Shown in pieces: positions 41,909 to 54,248 of a stretch of DNA of 64,000 nucleotides. The notes beneath the pieces are model-generated. The model saw nothing but the letters and a program-made list of their open reading frames with translations, was not told the DNA's origin and did not search any database. The stretch is from assembly GCA_010093815.1 (NCBI GenBank), contig ML996584.1; one strand, 5' to 3'. Origin of the DNA: Pseudovirgaria hyperparasitica (lineage: Eukaryota). The translations under genes and the position numbers were made by a program. Every line of letters begins with the position of its first letter. The stretch's first letter is position 1.

Positions 41909-42509
41909 TGAAAACACAACCTACGACGCGCCGAATTGCAAGGACCAAAAATTTGTAACGAAATTATGACTTACCTTATGTGCAACACGGATACGACTTT
42001 TATGATATCGATGACTCCCCAGCGAGGTATATGGCTATTGCATGGTTCACTTGGCTTAGAATGTTACTCCATGAGATACCCAGATACAGGATACGGTGTG
42101 CCCCGTGCTAGGCGCACGGTGGCCAGGCTCGGGCGTTTGGTTATTTTGGTTTTGATGGGATTTTGAGTCATGACAACTCATTCAGCGTTACTGTACTGTA
42201 TTGAAAATCTGGTGTATATTATCATTTAATAGTTGCGGAAAAGCACCCCTCGCCGTTGTTGAGATACATTAGTCTGGTACGTCAACCGTGACCGCTGACA
42301 GACTATCGAAACGAGAGCTCCTAATAATGATACAGTACAGTGTGATACACTCGCAAGGCATTGCCTGAAGCTATATACTAGATGATAACAGTGAGTTGCA
42401 TACAGTACCAATGATTATTTTAATACATGGCTGAGAAAGTGACGGAACGTCTCTCGGACGTATATGATGTTCTTCTAAGCCCGAACATTCGAGTTTCAAG
42501 CGTCAGCTT

Positions 42510-44000
42510 CTAGTCGCTGTCGCTGTCGCTGCCAAGGTCGCTGAGCTCGCTAAGAGAATCATCGCTCCCTTCGTCCTCTTCATCACTCTCCATCTTCCCT
42601 TTCGTCTTCTTGGTCTTCTTCTTATTCGGGCTTCCAGCCTCGACCCCACCTTTCCGCACCCCAGTCCGCTTAACCAGATGATCAATGACACAGCCATCCT
42701 CCCACCCGCGATACGTCTCGCTCGTATTCGCTCTGCACCTCGGACAGCTCTTCCCATGACGAATCAGGAGCTGATGCAAGGCGTACTTGAGCTCGTCGGG
42801 GATGCGGACGTCGCAGTGCGCATACGCGGTGTTTCTTGTGGCGTTTGGGGGGACCCAACCGAGCCAGGAGCAGAGACGGAAGACGTGCGTGTCGACGGCG
42901 AAGGAGGGCCGCTGGAGGCAGAAGAGCAGGACGCAGGAGGCGGTCTTTGGGCCGATGCCGGGGTACTTGACGAGTTTGTCGAAGGCCTCTTTGTCGGGGA
43001 GGAGGTGGAGATGGTCTAGTGAGATGACTGAGGCTTCGGCGAGAGCGACTTCGCGGTCCTTCTCGTCGGCGGATTCCTTGGATGCGCCGGCGGGATCGGC
43101 ATTTGGGTTAAGCAATGCGGCGCGCCTGGCTTGGTTTTCTTCGTAGACTTGTTGTAGGATTTCCTTGATGTCTTTGCTTTTGACTTGTGCGAGTCCGCCG
43201 CTTTTGATGGCTTCGAAGACTTCTTTGACGTCTGCTCGTCGGACGGCGTCCCAGTTGACGCTGCCTTTGCCGATGCCTTCTTTGATGGTGCCAAAGCGTT
43301 GGACGAGGCCCTGGAAGGCACGGGATGAGTTCGTGCCGGATGTCGCGGCTGACAGCCGAGTACGGATGAGTGCATCGAGCACAGACGGCACTTCGCCGCA
43401 GCCGGAAACGGTCAGGGAGGGGTTCGGTATAGTCTTCGGGGCTTTCACAGCTCCGTGTAGTTTTGACAGGACATCATTCACCTCGTGACACTCCTCTGGT
43501 GTGGGGTGTGGCCAATCGGGAAAGGGTGTTTCGCCAGGAGTGAGTCCGTAGGTGGTGTCCTTGGGCTTCTTGGCTTTCTTCGAGGGCGACCCCTTTTCCT
43601 CTGTTTTCACGACCACACTGTTGACAAGTTCTTTGGCATCAGCAACGTCAGATGCCTCGAGTTTGACCTGTTTGCGTGACCTTGATTTCTTCGCTGGAGA
43701 GGCGACGTTCTGCTTGGTATCTAGAGACTTGCCAAGGTTATGCGGAAGCTCGTCGTCTTCCTCTGATTTCACATCGCCGCGAGTTCTCTTCTTTGTGCTC
43801 CTTGGCGGTGATACAGTGGTCGATACTTGTTCTTCGCTTGTGTGTTTGGCGGTTCTCCTTGATCCAGGGGTAGCTTTTCTAGTGTTACGATTGGCTGGCA
43901 CAGGCGTAGGAGGTGGACTTGAAAGCTGCTGCGGCTCAGTCTTCAATATCGAATTGATGCCTCCTGCTGCTGCTGCGGAGTTGCGAGTCGTGCGAGTCAT
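42510..44000 (-). CDS. HhH-GPD superfamily DNA glycosylase
   Basis: HhH motif LVKYPGIGPKTASC and VDTHVFR, basic disordered N-terminus, acidic tail. Single 496-aa ORF. Confidence 0.9.
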   Translation of the reverse strand: MTRTTRNSAAAAGGINSILKTEPQQLSSPPPTPVPANRNTRKATPGSRRTAKHTSEEQVSTTVSPPRSTKKRTRGDVKSEEDDELPHNLGKSLDTKQNVASPAKKSRSRKQVKLEASDVADAKELVNSVVVKTEEKGSPSKKAKKPKDTTYGLTPGETPFPDWPHPTPEECHEVNDVLSKLHGAVKAPKTIPNPSLTVSGCGEVPSVLDALIRTRLSAATSGTNSSRAFQGLVQRFGTIKEGIGKGSVNWDAVRRADVKEVFEAIKSGGLAQVKSKDIKEILQQVYEENQARRAALLNPNADPAGASKESADEKDREVALAEASVISLDHLHLLPDKEAFDKLVKYPGIGPKTASCVLLFCLQRPSFAVDTHVFRLCSWLGWVPPNATRNTAYAHCDVRIPDELKYALHQLLIRHGKSCPRCRANTSETYRGWEDGCVIDHLVKRTGVRKGGVEAGSPNKKKTKKTKGKMESDEEDEGSDDSLSELSDLGSDSDSD

Positions 44001-44502
44001 GCTTCTATGTTGTATTCTACAGAGTTTCGAGAACTGTATATGTACTTGCTGCGACGATATCGGCCTCTGGAGAAGTGTTATGCGAGCAATACGCCCTATC
44101 GTAAAGGAAGCAATATTGGAAGGGGTAATCCGATTAAAGTACCATAAACGAAGCCTTACTGATTGGCGAGAACGAGACGAGTAGTCTAGTGAGTATTATT
44201 ATAGTAGACAGAACACACCAAAGGAGTTAATGAGCAACTATGGGTGAAAGACGTTTGTAGCTCGACAATCTGGATAGAACACAATGCAATGAATGCAGAA
44301 GATCTCAGGCATATTTGCTGGCGCAACAAGAGAATGGTGACGCATTAGCGCCAACTGGTGGATCTAACGGACCCACTTATTCCGCCGGTAGATCAGGTAC
44401 GTACGCCAAGACACGGCGGGGCCTGAGCGCGATTTTGTCGTCTTTACAATCCGACTAGACCATCAACTCTCTTGACATAATACATCATTCGAAAGCATCA
44501 GA

Positions 44503-45431
44503 ATGGCAGCAATCACTATTCCCGCTCTCAAGCGCCACACTGCTACCGTTATCTTTGCCCATGGTCTTGGAGATAGGTCATGAGCCCGCATCTTCTTTCG
44601 ATATAAACAACTGACAGCTGGCAGTGGTGCGGGATGGTATGTCTCGATCAAGCGGTAGCAGTGATCTCCTGCTGAGTTCTCTAGGCTTTTCCTGGTCGAT
44701 AACTGGCGGAAGCGGAGCAAGTTTGAAGAAGTGGCTTTCATACTTCCCAACGCACCCAACATCCCTGTTACACTGGTATGCCGTTTGTCGCTCCGCTAGC
44801 CATAGTTGCATTAGTTCCCCCCAGCTCTTCAGTCACTGACACAGTTTTATAGAACATGGGGATGCGCATGCCTGGCTGGTATGATATAGTACGAGCACAC
44901 AACTACCCTCCCCCGGAGGACTGGCCTAACGGATCCCAGAAATCTCTCGACTCGATAGCAGCGCGCGAAGACGAACCCGGCATCCTCAAATCTCGAGACT
45001 ATTTCCATGGCCTGATCGAGGAGGAGGAAAAGAAGGGCATACCATCCCATCGTGTAGTCCTTGGCGGATTCTCACAAGGAGGTGCCATGTCTCTCTTCTC
45101 GGGCATGACCTACCCAAAGAAGCTTGGTGGCATTGCCGGGCTGAGTTGCTACCTGTTACTCCAGGACAAATTCCGGGATCTGGTGCCCGCAGAGAACCCG
45201 AACAAAGAAACGCCAATTCTCATGGAGCATGGAGATGCCGACCAGGTCGTGTTCTACAAATGGGGCAAATTGACATCCGAGAAGCTCAAAGAATGGGGCT
45301 GGACTGTCGATTTCAAGACTTATCCAGGTCTACCCCATTCGGCCTCTCCTGAGGGGATAGATGATCTTGAGGCGTATATCAAAGCGCGCATTCCCCCATT
45401 GGGCGACAAGAAGGCCGAAGAGACATTATGA
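44503..45431 (+). CDS. Acyl-protein thioesterase 1 (phospholipase/carboxylesterase)
   Basis: HGLGDSGAGW (spliced), MPGWYDI, GGFSQGG, HGDAD and LPHS motifs. Introns 44577..44624, 44637..44684, 44776..44852 and 44889..44939. Confidence 0.93.
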
Positions 45432-45882
45432 CTTCATCGATACATGCAATTCGATACTTCTTTTTTCATCATTGTCGTTGGAGTTCTGCTACTACTATAC
45501 TGGATGCTACGACTCTTGAGCCGTAAAGAGAAGCGTAGATAACGAAACAACGAACCTATATAGAACACAAACTTGCTTATAGGCAAGATAACGTTAATCA
45601 CGCATGATGCAGTCTCCACACTATGCCAGGTGGCTACTCGAGATATGCCAAGACTTCACTCGTGAACATGCGCATCGATAATCGACGCCACGTTTACGCC
45701 GCGGACCGGACCCTGACGTGACAAGTGTCGCGAACTTCGTTACATGCCACTTTTTTGCGCATTTACAACCTAGAACCTCTCACGACGCTTTCACAGCCAT
45801 GAGAGTCTGCTCCTTCGACAAGATCTTCTAGCTGTCCTAATTGCCAGCATTTACCACCCGTCCTCTTTCCACCTCAGACAAA

Positions 45883-47722
45883 ATGTCTGAAGATGTCGGC
45901 GCATTCGCAAATGCTGTTGGTCGCATAGCATACGAATTTTCTCTGATTCGACCGATGATTCCCACATACGTGCACCTCATACTTTCTGCACTCTTCCCGA
46001 TCGTCGCCGGCGCTCATGCCTCACTATCTCGTCCTTCCTCTGCTGCGAAAACCCGAAGACAGTCAAAGACAGCCGACCGACAAGACGATGACGATGACGA
46101 GGAAGAGGAGGTGCAAAAGATGGAAGGACTGTCGCCTTCGGACGCACTGATGTTCCCACTACTTGCAGGCTGTACCTTGGCTGGCCTATACTTTCTCATA
46201 AAATGGCTCCAAGATCCCACCATATTGAACAAACTACTGAACGGGTACTTTGCCTTCTTCGGGGTGTTCTCTGTTGCAAAGCTTATTTGCGACTTCTTGG
46301 ACTTCATGCAAGGCTTCGTCTATCCCCGAAAGTACGTGAGCGGTGGAGCCTTGTGGGAGGTATCTGGAGCCGACAGACAGGTGAGAATTGTCAGTGGGAC
46401 TGGTGGTTCGCTGCGAGTCTCCCCTCTGCCGGGATTGCTGTCCAGGTTGCCGTTACCGTCACCAATCATGAACTTCCTGTGGTCAGTACGCGAAATCCCT
46501 TGTCAGAAATGGACTGTCAAGCTATACGTGCACAAAATCGCCGCTCTTCGAGCTAAATTGGGCACCAACATGATTGTCGCAGCACTCGCTGGGCTCGCCA
46601 GTGTTGTTTACTTCAACACCGTATCGAAGCCCTGGTTCTTGACGAATCTCATGGGCTTCGCTTTCTCCTATGCAGCTTTACAAATCATGTCGCCGACGAC
46701 GTTTGCTACCGGAAGCCTCATACTCTCTGCTCTGTTTTTCTATGACATATACTTTGTTTTCTACACGTAAGTCTAGTCGTCTCGAGCATCACAGGTCGCG
46801 TCACTTACTAAAGCAAAAAAGACCCATGATGGTCACTGTAGCAAAGACTCTCGACATTCCTATAAAGCTTGTCTTTCCACGCCCACCGTCCCCCACCGAT
46901 GCCGACGCTCTGCCATCGTTCGCCATGCTTGGTCTTGGTGACGTCGTCCTCCCAGGCATATTGATCGGCCTTGCGCTCCGCTTCGACCTCTACCTCTTCT
47001 ATCTACGCAAACAGACCAAAGTCACAGTCACAAAAAACGAGAAGGAGACTGTAGAAGTTCTCAAAGCAACATATACATCGCTCTCAAATCGCTGGGGCGA
47101 GAATTTCTGGACTCACTCCTGGCTTGGCCGGCCCCTGGCCCCTGAACAAGCGATGCAAAATCCCACCACATTCCCAAAACCATATTTCTATGCCTCCCTG
47201 ACCGGCTACATTGCTGGCATGCTCGCAACACTCGTGGTAATGCATATCTTCGAACACGCCCAGCCTGCCCTTCTATACCTCGTCCCCGGTGTGCTCATCT
47301 CCACCTGGACAACAGCTTTGGTCCGCGGCGAGCTCAGGGCGATGTGGGAGTTCTCCGAAGCCGTGGAGGACGAGCAGGGCAGCAGCAAGGACTCCAAAAC
47401 CGGCGACCGGCACGCACAAGCAATGGAAGCGATCAAATCCTGGCCGAACTTCTTCACACTGGAGGAGCTGACTAGCATGGCCTATCCCATGAACGCGAGG
47501 GGTGGTGGTGGGAAGTTGGGGCTTGAAGTGGCTATCCCGAGGCGCCGAGAGCGTGAGGTGTTTTCGCTGACGATCGAGGCTCCGTTTAAGCTTTCGCGTC
47601 CTGGTTCAGTGGGAGGGGTGGATCTGACTGCTGGTGTGGATGGTCTGGCGAAGAATAGTAGCAGCGATGCGACATTCGACGACGAGGGACAACCAGTCGC
47701 GAAGAGAGCGCGCCATGTATGA
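45883..47722 (+). CDS. Signal peptide peptidase (A22B intramembrane aspartyl protease)
   Basis: LFFYDIYFVFYTPMM (spliced across 46767..46821), LGLGD and QPALLY motifs. Confidence 0.94.
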
Positions 47723-48092
47723 TGATGATGATGATAGAGGCGACGCATGTAGCTTATGTTGTTCATTTACTTGACCTCGCATAGCATTCGGTGTCCTAGA
47801 AAGAAGGGGTTTATAGTCCGCTATGTTCTGTGGCCTCACAATACGATATCAAACTTGCATTTCAAGATGCACATGCAGACTACCACGTATGAAAAGGAGT
47901 GTATCCTTTCATTGCATAATTCAAGATATTCAGCCGAGAAAAATCCAATCAGTCAAACGACAGCCATAATTACTTTTGTGAATTCCCTCTCTCTATCTAT
48001 CCCTGCACCCACCCCTCACCTCCAAGCGACGCCCAAGAAACCCAAATCTCCCCAAGGAAAATCCCACCCCCAAAGCCCAAAAGCCACCACAT

Positions 48093-48842
48093 CTAAGCCC
48101 TCTCCTTGCCCTTGCCCTTATCCTTCCTCCCCTTCCCCTCCTCCACCATCTCCAACCTCCTCCTCTCCTCCTCCTCCGCCACCCCCTTTGCCCTCTCCTC
48201 CGCCGTAACCCGCGGCACCTCCCCCAACACCTCCCGCACAATCCCCAACAACTCCCCCTGCCTCTCCCCAAACCGCATTTCAAAATCCTCAATCACCGTC
48301 TCCAACTCAATCGCATTCCGCGGCCTCAGATCCAGCAGTTGGAGGTACTCGGTCTCGTAAATCGCATTCGGGCCGAAAGCCTGCGTGACGCGCTGGACGA
48401 GGCGGAGCGGGGTGTCGAGGGTGAAGGATGTGGTGGCGGCGGGGCGGACGGGGGAGTCTGGGCTGGTGAGGTAGGTGTGGGCTTGAGTGAGGATGTAGGT
48501 GAGGTTTGGGGGCGTGGGGTCCGGGGTGTTGGGCGGGAGGGTGGTGAGGCGGTGGGCGTAGGATTGGCGGGTGGATTGGATGCATTGGAGGGCTTCCCAG
48601 GCGTCGATGGGTTTGCTGCCTTTGATTTGCTGGGTGGGTGGTGGTGGTGGTTAGTGTGATGGATGATTGGGGTTGGGGGAGAATAAGGGGGGAAGGGTGC
48701 ATACAGGCATGATTTGAGCTTCTTGGGATGCGACTTTTGTGCCTGGCCGTGTGCTTGGGTTCGTGGGCGCGGCGACGACGGCGGCAGTGGCGGCAGCGGC
48801 GAGGACAGGCTCCGGGGGCAGGTCTTCGTGGATCTTCGTCAT
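48093..48842 (-). CDS. RPC17: RNA polymerase III subunit C17 (Rpb4/RPC9 family)
   Basis: After intron 48630..48704 the frame reads QIKGSKPIDAWEAL..NLTYILTQAHTYL..EYLQLLDLRPRNAIELETVIEDFEMRF, matching the family pattern LQxxNLRPxxxVELxxIIEE.xRF. Start is either 48842 or 48710. Confidence 0.75.
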
Positions 48843-49588
48843 TGTTAGATTGAGGTTGTTCTTGCGAGTCGACATCTTGATTGTGATTTTGGAATGTGAG
48901 GGCTTGGGATGTGGACGTTTTGATGTTGTTGGAAGCCCAACGCATTTATAGACGTAAAAGAAATTCGGGACAGGGTTGGTAGGTAGGACTCAGAAGTGAA
49001 TTGCAACAACACATGTTTGATTAGGGACTCGGCAGGACGGAAATCGGCTCGTGCGTAATTTGCGGATGGTAGTGAAAGGCTGAATGAATGCTTACACGGT
49101 GTACAATGTTATGATACTCCCTGGGCTCTTTGTTTAAGACTCGAGCTTCAGGAATACCAGGCTGTTCTAAGTAGACTCGTACGAGGGTTCTTCTTTACAG
49201 TGCAATATTTTCTTCCTGGCTCTTGCTTCTTAGATATCACTAATTCCCTTGAGATATGCGCGTTGGGGGTTAATACCTGCACTGGAAGAGTTGACTAGAG
49301 AGTTGATTCATTAGTGCTGCAGAAGTTCACTGTCTACGGGTGCTAAGGAAGAAAGGAGCTAGACTGGGCTATCTTGGATGACGGACTCCCATTAATAGAA
49401 TATAGCAGCTTGACACAAAGCTGACTATCTACATTGAACAGATGGATTGAATATTCGATGAAAGTGCCTTGATCGACTGTCTTTAATATTTCGGATATCA
49501 CTCAATAGTAGTCACGTGCGAACGCGTTTTCTGTACAGGCCTTCGCGTCTTCCGGTTCTGCGAGCTTAATGTACCACAGTCCACCTCA

Positions 49589-51136
49589 ATGCCAGCAACA
49601 CCATCCTACCTCACACGCTCCACTTCGACACCTTTTGCGTCGCCTGGTGGTAGCTATGGATACCGCTCGACGGAGGATGAGTCAATTGTACTCGAGATAG
49701 GAGCCCGCTACCTGCGCGGAGGCTTCTCTGGCGAGCCCCAACCGCGCTGCACCCTCGCCTTCCCCCCGGACGAACAGCGACGCGTGGGCGATTACCGTGC
49801 CTTTATGCCCACACATGCATTCCGAGAAAGACGAGATACAGGACCGTGGGGTGAAGATCATGAGCTGTGGAAGATGGATCTGCGGGGCCAGGACCTCGGA
49901 CTCGTACAGGACAAGTTGGAGAGGGCGCTGCGGAAGGCGTACAATGAGCACTTCTTGCTGGACAAGCCGAGGAAAGTGTTGCTCTCGGTGCAGACTGGAC
50001 TGTCAAGACCGCTGTTGGAGACGGTGCTGAGCGTGCTGTTTGGTAGCTTCATGGTTCCTGTTGTGACCCTTATGAGCCCGGCGGTCCTGGTCACGGCAGC
50101 AGCGGGGCTTCGAAGTGGATTGGTCATGGATATTGGATGGGCAGAGACTACCATTACGGCAGTGTATGAGTTTCGTGAGGTGAAAATGAGGAGGACAATC
50201 CGTGCTGGGAAGCTATTAAGTCGAGACATGGGCAAGATGCTGGAACACGAGTGGGAGCAACATAACGCACAATCAGGAAGCCTTAGAGAGGCAGAAGACA
50301 CGCATGTTACGTTTGATCAAGCGGACGAAGTGCTTTGTCGGATGGGTTGGTGCATGAGTATGGAGGAGGCGGCGTCTAGGTCAAAGCAAGACGACGCTTC
50401 GAGCAACACAGAAGCTGACACACCTATTTCGATTCCGCTATCGCGGTCTTCGCCCTTCTCTCGTGTCTCCATCCCGTTCTCGAAGTTTGCCCTCCCCGTT
50501 GAGACTGCTCTGTTCTCGACGGGCACTCCGCCTCACGAGCTCGATGCGCACGATCAGCCTCTCCCTATACTAGCGTACACGATCCTCCAATCTCTGCCGG
50601 TTGCACCACGCGACATATGCATGGCACGGCTTGTCTTCACCGGTGGCTGTGCACACATTCCAGGCCTGAAGACGCGACTGACAGAGGAGATTCACACACT
50701 GGTACGCGACCGAGGCTGGGATGCAGTCCGGCAGTATCCACCGAAGATCACCCCAAGGCAGCGATCAGAGGCTCCCAAACAGCGCTCGGACGCCCCTACG
50801 GCTGCTCAGCAATCCGTAAGCGACGAGCAAGCAAATGGCGAAAACGGCGCACTCGGGACTGCGGAATTACGTGACTCCCTTCCCGAAGTGGGCGCTCCTC
50901 CCTCCTCATCGCTGGGCTCCGAGAGGCCGCATGCCACACTGGCGGCAGAGGCGAAGCGAGAGCGGATCGCGGAGAAGGACGGTCCTGTGAAGGGCGTCGT
51001 CAGAGGAGTGGAGAGCCTGGGAGCCTGGGCAGGGGGCAGTCTGATGGGCACGCTGAGGACGGGCGGACGCGTGGAAATCGAGCGCGAAAAGTTCATGAGA
51101 GAGGGGCTGGGCAACGGAGCGGGTGTATGGGGCTAG
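49589..51136 (+). CDS. Actin-related dynactin pointed-end protein (Arp10/Arp11, RO7-like)
   Basis: IVLEIGARYLRGGFSGE, GLVMDIGWAET, LVFTGGCAHIPGL and AWAGGSL: a divergent actin fold. Confidence 0.85.
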   Translation: MPATPSYLTRSTSTPFASPGGSYGYRSTEDESIVLEIGARYLRGGFSGEPQPRCTLAFPPDEQRRVGDYRAFMPTHAFRERRDTGPWGEDHELWKMDLRGQDLGLVQDKLERALRKAYNEHFLLDKPRKVLLSVQTGLSRPLLETVLSVLFGSFMVPVVTLMSPAVLVTAAAGLRSGLVMDIGWAETTITAVYEFREVKMRRTIRAGKLLSRDMGKMLEHEWEQHNAQSGSLREAEDTHVTFDQADEVLCRMGWCMSMEEAASRSKQDDASSNTEADTPISIPLSRSSPFSRVSIPFSKFALPVETALFSTGTPPHELDAHDQPLPILAYTILQSLPVAPRDICMARLVFTGGCAHIPGLKTRLTEEIHTLVRDRGWDAVRQYPPKITPRQRSEAPKQRSDAPTAAQQSVSDEQANGENGALGTAELRDSLPEVGAPPSSSLGSERPHATLAAEAKRERIAEKDGPVKGVVRGVESLGAWAGGSLMGTLRTGGRVEIEREKFMREGLGNGAGVWG

Positions 51137-51419
51137 TGTGAACAGTGCAGTGCATGAGCGTGGAATAGAGTACAATACCCAATTTTGTGGCACAAGACAG
51201 TGTATGATGGCGTTTCGCGTTGATACGAGGGGCACGAGGCATGAAGAGACAAAGAAACGAGACTCAAAAGAAGAAGAGTGGAAACGAGCAGAAGGACGTC
51301 TCAGGACCGGAGAGCAGTCCGAAGCAGCCGTTGGACCAATAATAGAAAAGAGTATAGTGCAGCCAGCCATTCCACGGGACGTATTTGTATCGGATGTATT
51401 AGCGACGCCACCATCCGTA

Positions 51420-53830
51420 CACTCCACTACACTACACTACATACACTACACTACTACATACATGATCGTCGTCTTCTAGCACACAATACACGCACATCAT
51501 CAAAAACGCCAGGGTCTTTTGTTGACCCTTTATCCTCACACTTTTTTTTTGCTTTTTTTTCTTTGGGTGTATTTATATATTGCTGTGTGCTGTGCCGCTT
51601 CCCTTTTTGTTTCAACAACAAACAATGCCTGCAGCTCTGATACAAGACCACAAGGCGCGGCCTGGCCCAGCCACTGAGCCTCTACCCACTAATTACACAG
51701 CCACGTTGAGATGATTAGATGGTCGCCTATTTGGCTATCTATCTATCCATATACCTATGTATCTATAATAATAACAATAGTAGTAGTAGTCGAGGCGTCT
51801 CGGACTCGGTTGACTTGTCCCCCACCTACCTAAATACCTACATACGTACATGCATACATACACTGTGTTCCGGCCGGGATGTCTGTAATAAGACTGCTGC
51901 GACTAATAACAGCAACAACAACAACAATATCTTGGAGTAATGATTGGCAGGCCGGGCCCAGAGAATTCTGCAGGCAGCGTAGTAGCAGTTTGCCGCAGCC
52001 TGGCAGGAGTAGTCGTGTTTGATGAGTTTTGGGGGGTTGTGCTGTGAGCTATATCCATCCATTCGGGATTTTTGTAGTATCGTTGGGGGTATACCAAGTA
52101 CAGTTCGCAAACAGCCAGTCAGCTGCACACCACGCTCGAGAAGAAGAAGAAGAATATATGGTGTGGCAGCATTCATTCTATTTATTACTTCTCATATCCT
52201 CATCGAATGAAGCAAATTTCTAGGAATATATTCTTTTTGTGCCGTCTCTGGCCCCCTCTTATCACTAGGCGGCGAAACGAGCTGCGGGGTGGTCTAGCTA
52301 CATACATGCTATGTAGCAGCTATTATTATTATTACAATTATCATAAGTATTCCATGTATGTATCAATAATTATAGAGAGACATGAGTTTTCAACTAGGCC
52401 CAATGTAAACAATACTAAAAAACAAGTGAGGTTTGTGACTACAGTAGTCAAGTAGTTACAGACTTAAGTAGTACTACTAAAAAAGTCCTTACAGGGAGCA
52501 GCCGAAACCGAAACCAAAACCACCAGGGGGCCCCCAAACCCGCCGCCCCATGCGCCATTGCCGGTATCGTTGAAAAGGGAGAGGGGGAGAGGGCGTTTCA
52601 GCGTCTGTCCGAGCGTTTTTTTTGGGGGGTGGCACAACACACGACTTCTTTGCAAGTCACCTGGATGGATGACTGGGACTGGGGACTGGGGATTGGGTTA
52701 ATTTTGGGGGCAGGCCGGACAGAGTCAAAGAGTCTATGGTAATTAGAAGGCGTAGAGACTGGACTGGAGCAAGACTCTCGCCTTGCGCAGGGTTCGTCCA
52801 CTGGCATCATGTGTACATGTACAATCGTGCATAGCGTATGCATGTAAGTAAGTAAGTAGACATGGCTCTTTCGTGCGAAAGTCGATGTCGTGTAAAATTG
52901 CTGGGTACCTACCTTGGGACTGGACTGGACTGGACAGGGACCGCGTAAGCTCTCTCACTCTCTCTCTCACTCGCTCAACTCGCTCAACTCGCCCATCCCA
53001 GCAGAGAGGGTCCCCTATCAAACGACACACGGGAGGGGGGGAATTGCAGGGCCTGAGTGAGACTGTTGTTACGGAATGGAAAGACGAGGCTTTGTGCGTC
53101 GGCACGGAAGCGGGAGGACAGATGTGCCGGGTAGTGGACTCGTCCTAGGACAATGCGGTATACGGCTTGGCGGCGAGGAAAGGTTAGATGTAGACGACCG
53201 ACATGGAGATATGGTGGTGGTGGTGTTGTTGTTAGTGATAGTGATGGTGATAGTGATGGTGGAAGGCATCACTGCCATCGCATCCCATCCATGCTACTGC
53301 TACTGATGCTGGCTATCGTGAATGATAACTAATTAACAATCCATCATCTAATTACCTAGTTCGTTGATCTAGTCTAGCACCGCGGCCAGCATAATAGTGT
53401 GAAAAGGGTTTGTTTGGGGAGAGGGAGGAGGTCAAGGATTAGTGGCGAGTCTGGACCGGTCCACGCTCCCTTGTTTCGTTGTTCGTGCTCCCAACTTCCA
53501 TGCCAGACAAGCCCACAACGACAAACCACAAACCACAACAACTCCAGCTGTTATACACTCATCACCACATTTCCCTTCTTCCTCTTCTTCCTCTTCTTCT
53601 CACTACTGCTATATCGCTATATCTGGTAGTGTCTCTCCCTCTCCCTCTCTCTCTCGCTTGCCAAGAACACCCTCTGCTGTTTCCGCCCTCTCTTCTATTG
53701 GCCCCTCCCTCTCTCTCCTCCCTCCCTCCTCCTGACACGCACCACCACATTCTCATACACTCGTCTCGCGCACCGCCTCTTCTTCTTCTGCTGCTACTGT
53801 TGTTACTGCTGCTGCTGCTGTCACTCGCTT
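51420..53830. repeat. Simple-sequence-repeat-rich intergenic region
   Basis: (CTACA)n, (TAG)n, (AAC)n, (GAA)n, (TAT)n, (GGACT)n, (CT)n, (GTGATG/A)n and (CTG)n tracts. Confidence 0.75.
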
Positions 53831-54248
53831 ATTCACTTGTTCCGCCCCCGACCCGCTATTCACCTGAGAATCGTCCCACTATCCCGACTTTCCGTCAGAA
53901 ACCCTCCGGACTCGCTATTCACTCTACCCACCTGTCCTGGACTGTCGCTACTCTATACTCGTTTCCTCCTCTTGTGCCCTCTCCCTCTCACCCTCTCACC
54001 CTCTTACTTTCCTTGCAACTCCAGCTCCAGCGCCTTCTTGACTGTTACGACCTGATAGCCTCATGAAGATCTTAAACACCTGACTCCATCCTTTCTCTCT
54101 CCGAAGCTTCGGATTCGTTCTTGCAACTGATCATCTTTGGTACACCTCCCTTCGACAAACCCTTTGTTTCCTTCGTTTCCCTCACGTCTGAGAAAGTGCG
54201 CTTCTTGGCGTCTCGTTTGTGGCCGAACAAGCCCGCGCGGCCGTTGGC

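Noticed and set aside
48307..48945. 212-aa His/Pro/Arg-rich minus ORF
   Set aside because: Alternate frame overlapping the spliced RPC17 gene in C-rich sequence.
53479..54066. 195-aa Leu/Pro/Ser-rich ORF as a membrane protein
   Set aside because: Its composition follows CT/CTG microsatellites. At most a uORF.
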